From: a virus
Taxonomy: Duplodnaviria > Caudoviricetes
IMG/VR virus record: IMGVR_UViG_3300047160_014082
Span: 19,028 to 83,027 of that record
DNA: 64,000 bases
Reading direction: 5' to 3' (one strand)
The notes under the pieces were generated by a model. That model saw nothing but the letters and a program-made list of their open reading frames with translations, ran no database searches and was not told the DNA's origin. The position numbers were made by a program, and so were the translations under genes. Within the stretch, counting starts at the first letter, position 1. Every line of letters begins with the position of its first letter. Shown here one piece after another: positions 48,255 through 56,063 of the stretch.

Positions 48255-48740
48255 TTACTCTTCCACAACAGCATCAATGGCTTCGATCACCGCGGCGAAT
48301 TCATCCAGATGAGAAATGCGCAGGCGCACCCCCTTGAGCAACCGTCGTGCCTCGTTGAGAGCCTGTTCGCGTAGATCACTATTGGTCATGACCGTTTCAA
48401 CCGGAAGATAGCCGCGGCCATCTTCCGTGGTCACGCACAGATAGGCGGCGCACATCTTTTTGTCGCCTTGCTGGTCTTCATAGACCAGCCGGCAGCAGTG
48501 GATGATGCTCCGGGCCTGGTGCTCTTGCCAGCGCCGCGCGGCTCTGTTTTTGTTCCAATCAATCAGCTCATGGGCAGGGGAGCGGGGATCCTTGGCTTCA
48601 TCAACGAAGCGCGAGGCGCTGACCTGTCCGTCCCGCGCCAAGCGGTCGATCATACGTCCAATGGCATTAGCCTCCGCCTTGCCCGGCCGGAAACCCTCTG
48701 CCCATTCCCACTGCTTCTGTTTCGCCTTAGTCGTCGTCAT
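48255..48740 (-). CDS. Uncharacterised protein directly downstream of array 1
   Basis: AAGGGG RBS; SPAHELIDWN..AA..W..HQARSII pattern. Confidence 0.7.
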   Translation of the reverse strand: MTTTKAKQKQWEWAEGFRPGKAEANAIGRMIDRLARDGQVSASRFVDEAKDPRSPAHELIDWNKNRAARRWQEHQARSIIHCCRLVYEDQQGDKKMCAAYLCVTTEDGRGYLPVETVMTNSDLREQALNEARRLLKGVRLRISHLDEFAAVIEAIDAVVEE

Positions 48741-48762
48741 GATGTTCCCCTTCTTGCTGTCT

Positions 48763-48791
48763 AAAAGGGGGAGGGCACCAAAGCCCTCCCC
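48763..48791 (-). terminator. Intrinsic terminator at the 3' end of array 1
   Basis: Minus strand GGGGAGGGC-tttggt-GCCCTCCCC followed by C and TTTT. Confidence 0.7.
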
Positions 48792-48804
48792 GAAACCAAA
48801 GGTG

Positions 48805-49828
48805 GCAAGACCCGCCGGAGCCCGTCTAGCCTTGCCTTGACGCCCCATGTCTTGGAAAACCAGCTAGACAGGTCTAGCCGTGCCAAGACTCGGCATGGTG
48901 AGCCAAGTAAAACCAGCCATGTTCAGACCTGTTCGGTCCGGACTTGCCGTGCCTTGTAAAACCTGCCGAGACCCAACGAGACTTGGCCGGTCCTGGACAG
49001 CCACCGCGCTCCCAGCCGAGTCGTGTAAAACCAGCCGGACAGGTCTCGGCTCGTCTTGTCTCTACTCCATGTGCCTAGCCGTGTAAAACCGGCCTGGGCG
49101 CGTCTTGTCTCGTTCTGCCTAGACGATGCTTGCCCTGTAAAACCAGCCAGGCCGGGACTAGCACCGGCCGGACCCGGCTCGACTAGGCTCGCCCTATCTT
49201 GTTCAACACATCAGGCCTCGTAAAACCCTCTCGACCAGTCTGGCCTTGTCTTACCAAGACACTCGTGGTCCGCCACGCAAAACCGGCCAGGCCGGGACAA
49301 GCCGCGGCCCGCCTTGGCGAGGCTCGGGGTTTCTAGTCTCGTAAAACCTGCCAAGTCAAGACCGTACTTGCCTAGGCGGGGCGCTACATGCCTTGTAAAA
49401 CCGGCCGTAGCTCGACCTGCCGACACCAGTCTTGACGTCCCATGCCTAGTAAAACCAGCCCAAGACATGGCGCGCCATGTCGCCTCTTGCCCAGACTCGT
49501 CTCGTAAAACCTGCCTGGACATGCCGCGGCCCGTCCTGACGCTGACGACCCGTGACACACCTCGCCTAGAAAAAGTAAGGCCAGACAGGACTGCCCTTGG
49601 CAGGCCCAAGCTTGTACAGCCCTGTCTAGCCGTGCCGAGTAAAACCTGCCGAGACCCGGCTTGCCTTGCCTAGGCCCTACCCGGCCTGTCTTGACGCTAC
49701 CAGCCATGTAAAACCGGCCTGGGCGCGCCATGTCTCGACTAATCAGGTCTCTACTCGCCTTGTAACATCCCAGCTTGGCCCGACGAGGCTCAGCGCCCCG
49801 TGGCATAACCGGACCAGGAAGACAACAA
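48805..49828 (-). repeat. Array 1 of NN-G(G/N)Y pentamer units, each closed by GGTTTTAC (about 17 units); putative guide-like ncRNA array
   Basis: Plus-strand anchor (G[T/A/C/G]AAAACC) at 48854, 48907, 48956, 49025, 49083, 49137, 49220, 49277, 49341, 49395, 49449, 49504, 49639, 49708; degenerate copies at 48805, 49569, 49762. Spacings are mostly 49/54/64/69 +/-1. Confidence 0.9.
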
Positions 49829-50551
49829 CTACAGCCCTTGCACTTGCCACAGCCCCAGATCCCCGGTGTTGCTCTCGGGAGAAGAGGGGCGCATTTCGCA
49901 CACCCCGACATTCATACCGGCCCGGGCGCACAGATTCATCAAGTGCTCCAGACTCAGGATGTCGGCATCGAAGGAAATCCGCAGCCGGGCCGCCCATTCG
50001 GTGTATTCGGCTCGGAAGCGCACATCCGCTGTGCGCCCGTTGTTGATTCGTACCATGTCCTCGCGCATGTGTGGTTTGCCGTCGATCAGCACACAGCGCA
50101 TGCCCTCGGTGCTGATGAAATTGAAACGCACGAAGAACAGTTGCTTGGCGAAGGTCATGGTCAGATCAGGCACAAAACGGCAGGCCTGAACCATCGCATC
50201 CTTGAACGCTCCAGCCGGGACGCCGTGTTCCCCGCGCGGGCCGCGGTACATGCTGGCTTCGTAGCACGCCTCCGGATCCTTGAACTCCTGCTTCACCACC
50301 TTTCCCATCTGCTTGGCCAAAATCATTTCCCGAGCCTTGGCATCCCAGGCATGGGTGACCAGGGGAGTGATACCGACGATATCGATGTGAGCTTCCAGAC
50401 GGCGCGGCTTGGGGATGACGATCCCTGTCATCTTCTCCGCCTTCTTGGAAGGCGGCTTCTTGGCCTTGCCGTTGCCATTAGTGCTTGGAAGGACCGCTTC
50501 CAGACGATTTGTCGCTTCGACCTTCTTGCTCGTCTTCTTGCTCGTAGCCAT
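49829..50551 (-). CDS. RAMP/Cas7(Csm3)-like protein between the two arrays
   Basis: IDIVGITPLVTH first strand; GVPAGAFKDAM (cf. IPGSSLKG); C-terminal Gly loop GMNVGVCEMRP...GDLGLWQV. Confidence 0.7.
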   Translation of the reverse strand: MATSKKTSKKVEATNRLEAVLPSTNGNGKAKKPPSKKAEKMTGIVIPKPRRLEAHIDIVGITPLVTHAWDAKAREMILAKQMGKVVKQEFKDPEACYEASMYRGPRGEHGVPAGAFKDAMVQACRFVPDLTMTFAKQLFFVRFNFISTEGMRCVLIDGKPHMREDMVRINNGRTADVRFRAEYTEWAARLRISFDADILSLEHLMNLCARAGMNVGVCEMRPSSPESNTGDLGLWQVQGL

Positions 50552-50574
50552 GATGTAACCCTTTCAATTGAAAA

Positions 50575-51281
50575 AACAAACCAAGACTCGTTCACACATT
50601 ACGGCACATGCCTCTTCTCGTCCCTGCCCGTCATGTAAAACCAGCCATGTTCTGTCGGTTCACCTCCAGGCCTCATAAGCCATGAAAAACCGGCCCTGTC
50701 CTGGCAAGACGTGCCGGGACTTGTTCTGCCTGACCTTGCCTCGAAAAACCTGCCCAAGTCTCGTCATGCCGATACAGCGCTCGTTCCAGCCAGTCAGTAC
50801 AGACCCGGCCCAGTAAAACCTGCCGTGACATGGACTGCCGGTTCGCGCCCAGACTACCTGGGCCATGTAAAACCCGTCCTCGCCACGGCTCGGCCACACC
50901 CTTCCTAGCGCTACCGGTCGCGTAAAACCGGCCGTGTCAGGTCTGCACACGCCGACACAGTACGGGACGATCCTAGTAAAACCGGCCGTGTCATGTCATC
51001 GCTAGCCACCTCCTATCCAGACCATACGAGTAAAACCCTCGCGACACGCGGCTAGCCCTAGCTTGCCAGCGCCCGCCAGAACGCCCCTAGCCGTGTAAAA
51101 CCGGCCGTGCCTTGGCGCCGTCTCGCCCCGTCTCGCCATGCCCTGTCCCATCGCGCCATGTAAAACCTGCCTTGACTAGGCTGGACGATGCAAGTCCAGG
51201 CCTGATATGCCACGTAAAACCGGCCGCGACTTGGCCGGACATGCCCTCACAGAACCTGCCGATACAGGCCGGGAAAAACTC
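50575..51281 (-). repeat. Array 2 of NN-G(G/N)Y pentamer units (about 13 units)
   Basis: Anchors at 50635, 50684, 50743, 50813, 50867, 50922, 50976, 51030, 51095, 51160, 51214; degenerate at 50575 and 51273. Spacings 49, 59, 70, 54, 55, 54, 54, 65, 65, 54. Confidence 0.9.
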
Positions 51282-52316
51282 CTACTGGTAACGGGTTTTG
51301 CGATTCACCGAACACGCTTTCTCGACTTCGCGCCAACGCTCAACCACGAGCTGGCGCAGCTTGGGCTCTTCGTTGTTATTCTGGATCTGATGGATGAGTT
51401 TTTCGGTATCCCCCTTGAAGCTAAATTCGGGGGCGGTGACTATTTTCTCCTTTCCGGTCCAAACACCCTCATCAACCAGGAAGTAGATACACGACGCCAG
51501 CTCATCGAAGCCGTAGCGCTTGCGAAAGGGTAGCACCACGTCCCAGTCGAGCCCGGCCGTGGAATTCTTCTTGACCTGGATGCGCAGCAACTGGCCTATG
51601 GTGCGATCTTTGCCCAGGACCTTTTTCTTCAGCTTGCTCTTGACCGAGAACCACAGTTCCAGATTGGCATAGAAGGTCAGCGCCTGACCCCCGGAGCGCG
51701 TTTTGGGATTGAAGACGGCTTTGGGACCGATGTTTTGTCTTGTTTGCTTGATGATCAAGAGAATGCTGTTGCTGGGCTTGACGAACCGATTAACGACCAC
51801 CCCCAGGCGCTCGGAATTCATGCGGGCTTTTTCAGTTTTGTAACCCTGGGCTTTCGCATCGGCTGCTTCCAACGGATCTTCACTGTCCAACAGGTAGATA
51901 CATGGCCCTTGAGAACAGAAGCGCTGTACGTTGTCATAGAAATCCCCCAACGATTTTGATGGCCCATTCTGGTGTGGTGAAATCATTCGTTTTAGGAGTA
52001 CCTTCCCGTAGTAGCGCTCGAAATCCATCAGGTCACCGCGGCCCTCCGTATTGTCGTAGATGAGAGTGTACTTGTCGTACGCGGAATCCAGGCAGGCTTC
52101 GGCCAGCGCTTGCACGCCCAGCCAAGATTTGCCGGCCTGGGAATCACCAACGATCAGGTTGTAGTAACCTGGCACCAAGCCCAGGTCAGGATCCCCCGAA
52201 CACGCCAGGTTCAACATGGTCGAGCCCAGGCTCAGGCCCTTGAGCCGGGGGGGCAGCTTCTTGACGCCTAGAAGCTTTTTCTTCAGAGCTTCAATACTGG
52301 CTTTGTTGTTGCTCAT
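51282..52316 (-). CDS. recA: RecA/UvsX-like recombinase
   Basis: GSTMLNLAC, GDSQAGKS Walker A, LLDS, KQTRQNIG, RSGGQALTFYA. Confidence 0.9.
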   Translation of the reverse strand: MSNNKASIEALKKKLLGVKKLPPRLKGLSLGSTMLNLACSGDPDLGLVPGYYNLIVGDSQAGKSWLGVQALAEACLDSAYDKYTLIYDNTEGRGDLMDFERYYGKVLLKRMISPHQNGPSKSLGDFYDNVQRFCSQGPCIYLLDSEDPLEAADAKAQGYKTEKARMNSERLGVVVNRFVKPSNSILLIIKQTRQNIGPKAVFNPKTRSGGQALTFYANLELWFSVKSKLKKKVLGKDRTIGQLLRIQVKKNSTAGLDWDVVLPFRKRYGFDELASCIYFLVDEGVWTGKEKIVTAPEFSFKGDTEKLIHQIQNNNEEPKLRQLVVERWREVEKACSVNRKTRYQ

Positions 52317-52426
52317 TCTTTCGTCCGGCTGCTTAAATAGCCTAGGATCATCAACGCCAAGATGAAGATTAAGATCCCCAACCAAAACAAGATGTTTTCA
52401 ATGTGAACCCAGTCGGTTTCTTTCAT
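52313..52426 (-). CDS. Tiny single-TM protein (37 aa)
   Basis: ILFWLGILIFILALMILGYL; ATGA overlaps at both ends. Confidence 0.5.
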   Translation of the reverse strand: MKETDWVHIENILFWLGILIFILALMILGYLSSRTKE

Positions 52427-52536
52427 AGAAATAGCCCCCAAAGAGTCAGTCCTATCAGGGCGAGCAAACCAAGCAGACAGATGAAGTCGACGACGATTGA
52501 TCCCCAAGCGAAAATATCTTTGAAGAATTTATTCAT
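52423..52536 (-). CDS. Tiny single-TM protein (37 aa)
   Basis: MNKFFKDIFAWGSIVVDFICLLGLLALIGLTLWGLFL; ATGA overlaps. Confidence 0.45.
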   Translation of the reverse strand: MNKFFKDIFAWGSIVVDFICLLGLLALIGLTLWGLFL

Positions 52537-52637
52537 CCGAAGATCCACCAGAAGATTAGGGCAACAACAGTTGCACCTATACTGAAACCCTCCACGAAGA
52601 GAATCCAGAAATTTAGATTGTCCAGGTACTCTTGCAT
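52533..52637 (-). CDS. Tiny single-TM protein (34 aa)
   Basis: MQEYLDNLNFWILFVEGFSIGATVVALIFWWIFG. Confidence 0.45.
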   Translation of the reverse strand: MQEYLDNLNFWILFVEGFSIGATVVALIFWWIFG

Positions 52638-52639
52638 GT

Positions 52640-52753
52640 TCATTGGAAAATCCATCCCGAAATAACCAGGGCGACGAGGATCCCCGCCAAGACGGCTAAC
52701 AAGATTGTCGGGATCCAGATATGGGGATCCTCCCAGAAGTCGGGGTCGAGCAT
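52640..52753 (-). CDS. Tiny single-TM protein (37 aa)
   Basis: MLDPDFWEDPHIWIPTILLAVLAGILVALVISGWIFQ. Confidence 0.45.
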   Translation of the reverse strand: MLDPDFWEDPHIWIPTILLAVLAGILVALVISGWIFQ

Positions 52754-52757
52754 TGTC

Positions 52758-53000
52758 CTAATCCTCCAGATGCCAAAGGGTGCTGAGCAGAAAGCACCAG
52801 GCCACGGTTGCCAGGATAAACAAGATGAACACGCCGACGACCCAACCAGCCGTAACACCTTCCCGCGCCCCCTGGGGGCGGTTGATTTCTTTGTAGTACA
52901 GATGGCCGAATAGAGCCGTGAGGGCATAGGTGACGAGAACCGAACCGCCCCAAAGCAGGATGACCACGCCGCGGATCGTGTATTCATAGGAAGTATCCAT
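52758..53000 (-). CDS. Small two-TM protein
   Basis: Two hydrophobic segments; GGAGAG RBS. Confidence 0.55.
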   Translation of the reverse strand: MDTSYEYTIRGVVILLWGGSVLVTYALTALFGHLYYKEINRPQGAREGVTAGWVVGVFILFILATVAWCFLLSTLWHLED

Positions 53001-53010
53001 AGAGGCTCTC

Positions 53011-53235
53011 CTAGAGGTTGGGGGCTGAGCGCGCTTTGGCTTCGCGCGACCGCTGGGCCTTGAGAATTTCGCTGACCCGGAATTTGCTGATCTTGAACTT
53101 AACGCCCAGGCTGCGCATGGAATACCGTCCCGTGCGGTACAGGCTGAGCATGGTGGCGTTGCGGAGAAGCTTACTGTGGTCCGGCACGGTGTACGTCCTC
53201 AGAAAAAGGCCCGCAATCTGCGGGGCGGGCATCAC
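53011..53235 (-). CDS. Small HTH protein
   Basis: RNATMLSLYRTGRYSMRSLGVKFKISKFRVSEIL. Confidence 0.55.
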   Translation of the reverse strand: MMPAPQIAGLFLRTYTVPDHSKLLRNATMLSLYRTGRYSMRSLGVKFKISKFRVSEILKAQRSREAKARSAPNL

Positions 53236-53390
53236 CGGAAGCTATCCGGATCCTCCCATTGCCCCGCAGGGGAACAAGGTGAGCGGTCAGCCCCGTTCTT
53301 TACTATCCAGGCCGCGCGACCTGAGTAGCCTATAGTTCCCACTTTGCTCTCTCTTACCGGTCCCGATCAAGTACGGTTGGAATCAGGTCC

Positions 53391-54680
53391 TCATTTACGG
53401 GCACGCCGGCCGGGCTTCTTAGCGGCAGAGGGTTTCTTGAAGGGTTTTTTGCCATTGCGCTGGGGCTTGGGAGCCTCTTCGTCCACGTCCTCCTCTTCCT
53501 CGAACGACTCTTCTTCGTCACCTTCAGAGTCATCGTCGTCCCCAGAATCGTCATCGTCACCTTCAGAATTGTCGTCACCTTCTTCATCCTCACCCTTCGT
53601 GTTGTCGTCATCAGTCTCCTCGTCCTCCGACCCTTCTTCCTCTTCTTCCACCTCGTCCAGATCGTTGGGAGCGACGGCGCGCAGGACCTTACCCTTAGCG
53701 CTCTTGAGGGTCAGGTTGGTGCCATCAGGGCTGATCTTGATGACCGTGTATTCCTTGCCCTTGTACTGGACTTCATCGCCCTTGTGGATGTTCAGATCGC
53801 TAGCCGTGGGCTCAGTCTCCTCTTCCTCCCCACCACTTTCCGGGTCTCCCGTCTCGTCGTCGTCGTCGGTGTCTTCGGGCTCGCCGGCTTCGTTGTCCTC
53901 CCCCTCCTGATCCTCGTCGCTTCCCGTCTCGTTCTCCGTCTCGTCCACACTGCCTTCCTGGTACATCTTCTTGATGACATCGTAGGGCAGACACACAATC
54001 AGATCGTCCAGACATGGGACCTCCTGCAAAAGTGCAAGTCCAGGAGGCTTGCGCTCGGAGAATTCAATATCCACCACCTTGGCGAAGGGCCGGCCGCCCT
54101 CAAAGGAAGCGTTTTTGGCGGAAATCTTGACGCGCTTGCCCCCCTGCGGATCGTAGAAATGGTCGTAGCCATCGTCGGGATCGGACAAGTTGAGCTTGTC
54201 TGCCATCTGGGCGCCGAAGTTGAAATGGGCCATATTGATGATTTCAATAGGGCCAAACGTGCCGTCTTTGATGTAATAATCGCGCCAGGCGCACAACTGC
54301 CATTTCTTGGTCTTGAGGCTCTCAATGGCCTCTTCGTCGGCGCCGGAGCGAATCATCTTTTCCCGGTCGTCGCATAGCGGGCATTTCTTGCCGCAGCACA
54401 TTTTGGGACAGGCGATGGTGGCGTTGCCGATGCCCACGCCCGGATGGATCCAGTAAGTACGCTCGTAATTTAACGAGCCTTCTTCAGCATACGGGTTGAA
54501 CTTGCCGACGACATAGGCCAGTATGTCCCCGCGGTAACTCTTGCCTGCTTCAATTTTCTTGAAGCTGAACCCTTGCGGCAGCTTAACGGCCAGGCGGTTG
54601 CCGGAAACCATCTTGGCGGCGCTCTCGCGCGCGGATGTCAGTTTGTACTGACGTTCGGCTTGTTTGTTCTTTGGTGCCAT
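53391..54680 (-). CDS. gp32-like single-stranded DNA-binding protein with long acidic tail
   Basis: YWIH...CPK..GKKCPLCD; very D/E-rich C-terminus; next to recA. Confidence 0.75.
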   Translation of the reverse strand: MAPKNKQAERQYKLTSARESAAKMVSGNRLAVKLPQGFSFKKIEAGKSYRGDILAYVVGKFNPYAEEGSLNYERTYWIHPGVGIGNATIACPKMCCGKKCPLCDDREKMIRSGADEEAIESLKTKKWQLCAWRDYYIKDGTFGPIEIINMAHFNFGAQMADKLNLSDPDDGYDHFYDPQGGKRVKISAKNASFEGGRPFAKVVDIEFSERKPPGLALLQEVPCLDDLIVCLPYDVIKKMYQEGSVDETENETGSDEDQEGEDNEAGEPEDTDDDDETGDPESGGEEEETEPTASDLNIHKGDEVQYKGKEYTVIKISPDGTNLTLKSAKGKVLRAVAPNDLDEVEEEEEGSEDEETDDDNTKGEDEEGDDNSEGDDDDSGDDDDSEGDEEESFEEEEDVDEEAPKPQRNGKKPFKKPSAAKKPGRRARK

Positions 54681-54715
54681 AATGCTACAGATCCTTTCGT
54701 GATGTAAAGAGAAAA

Positions 54716-54982
54716 CTACTGCTGGTCTTTGTAGTGAGGTTCTTCGACCCGGCATTTGATATTAGCACCCACATGGGGGCCGGAATTCATCACCCCGTCC
54801 ATTTGACTTATCAGCCGGTCGATTTCATCGAACAGGTTTTGCTTGGCTTTCTCGTGGGCGGTGCGGGCCTTCTCCTGATCGAGAGGGTTACTCTCGCCGG
54901 CCCAGGATAGTCGGATGGCCGCTTCGCTATAGATCAGAGCGAGCCCCTTGATCTTGTCCCCAAGTTTATTCTTTCTTCTCAT
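54716..54982 (-). CDS. Hypothetical protein
   Basis: ATGA overlap with the upstream gene. Confidence 0.5.
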   Translation of the reverse strand: MRRKNKLGDKIKGLALIYSEAAIRLSWAGESNPLDQEKARTAHEKAKQNLFDEIDRLISQMDGVMNSGPHVGANIKCRVEEPHYKDQQ

Positions 54983-55512
54983 TCTTGTTTTCCTTTCTTG
55001 ATGACCTTGCGCCGGGGATCAGGTAGGGGGTGAGTCGCTTGGCGTTGCTTGAAATTTTCAGCCTCATCATGGGTGAGGCGCACTTTAGGTTCGGCGAAAT
55101 ACTGCTGGCCGCGCAGGATTACCAGGTCTTCCAGAGCTGCTTTGCGATGGGCGCTGGCCTGGACGTTAGCGACACAGATTTCCACGGCATGAGCCGCGAC
55201 GATTTCCCGCTCGACTGCTTTGCGCACTCGGGGATCTACTTCGGCTCGGTCGTTCACTACGTCATTGCTCAGCTTGATAATGCCGTAATGCTTGGGGCGC
55301 TTACGGATGTCCAGGCGGACTTCAGCCCGGATCACTTTGAGCTGGGCCTCCCGACGACGATGCTCTGCTTTCTTGTCGGCCTGCTCCCGGCAGAAGCGCC
55401 GATGAGTCTTGACCTGGGCACGCCATTCTTGAACCAGGTTGCCCTCATCCACATCAAAGAAATCGAAGTCTGCATCGACGTCTACAGCAAGAGGTCGGCG
55501 CCGGACCTTCAT
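54979..55512 (-). CDS. Possible UvsY-like recombination mediator
   Basis: Long helical protein between clamp loader and SSB; assigned mainly by context. Confidence 0.4.
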   Translation of the reverse strand: MKVRRRPLAVDVDADFDFFDVDEGNLVQEWRAQVKTHRRFCREQADKKAEHRRREAQLKVIRAEVRLDIRKRPKHYGIIKLSNDVVNDRAEVDPRVRKAVEREIVAAHAVEICVANVQASAHRKAALEDLVILRGQQYFAEPKVRLTHDEAENFKQRQATHPLPDPRRKVIKKGKQE

Positions 55513-55997
55513 GGGTGGATTTCCTCCACCTTGGGCACTAGATAGCCTTTGGGCCGGTTGATGATGTTGCTGGCGTTCCAGCTTCGTAGGGAGCTTTCGG
55601 CTTCGTGTTTAGCCTCAAAGGATACGATGACGTCATAGATAGCGTCTTGTGAGGTCGGGCCTTTGCCGTTGTCAAATCCCGTCCAAACGAACTCTGCCTG
55701 GTCTTCACCTTCATAGGACAGCCAGAGCGGAGGTCGGCGGGTGTTTTTGTTATTGGGGTTCTGCCTGGCCTTCGGGTCAGGTAGACAGCAGATGGCGTAA
55801 TAGTGGTGTTCCTGTTCTATGTACGCATCTGCATCTTCTGGAACCGGGTCTTCATCGTCCCGATCACAGCGCGGTAGGTCGACGGTCTCTTGCAGCTCGG
55901 CGATGTTTTCGTAGTCTCTTTTGTGGCAGTCTTGCAGATTTTGCACCAATGTTTCCAGAAGTTCAATGCGCCCCAGCAACGACTTTTGTTGATCCAC
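55509..55997 (-). CDS. Hypothetical protein
   Basis: AAGGGG RBS before GTG; ATGA overlap. Confidence 0.55.
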   Translation of the reverse strand: MDQQKSLLGRIELLETLVQNLQDCHKRDYENIAELQETVDLPRCDRDDEDPVPEDADAYIEQEHHYYAICCLPDPKARQNPNNKNTRRPPLWLSYEGEDQAEFVWTGFDNGKGPTSQDAIYDVIVSFEAKHEAESSLRSWNASNIINRPKGYLVPKVEEIHP

Positions 55998-56035
55998 GTC
56001 CGTCCCCTTTGTAAAAAGTTGAATTCCCCCAACGT

Positions 56036-56063
56036 ATTATAGCGCCAGGCGACCGATTTCTAA
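56036..56063 (-). promoter_or_regulatory. Possible sigma70-like promoter
   Basis: Minus-strand TATAAT at 56041-56036 with a weak -35 (TTAGAA, 16-nt spacer). Confidence 0.25.

Noticed and set aside
48805-49828. Simple microsatellite or decayed tandem repeat
   Set aside because: Variation is confined to two of every five positions, and anchors recur in register across two separate arrays, which neutral decay would not produce. A functional test is still needed.
48880-49997. ORFs called across array 1 (e.g. 49211-49609, 49314-49673, 49384-49911, 49666-50046)
   Set aside because: Low-complexity R/G/A/L/P translations on both strands, with no RBS or coupling; by-products of the GC pentamer repeat.
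50660-50950. ORFs across array 2
   Set aside because: Same artefact as in array 1.
48805-51281. Classical CRISPR array or TIGR array
   Set aside because: There is no 23-47-nt identical direct repeat; the constant part is only ~8-12 nt and the variable part is itself periodic. Units are 49-70 nt rather than a fixed ~36 nt, and no cas1/cas2 or Nop-domain gene is present.
53344-53910. Ser-rich plus-strand ORF
   Set aside because: Antisense mirror of the acidic SSB tail.
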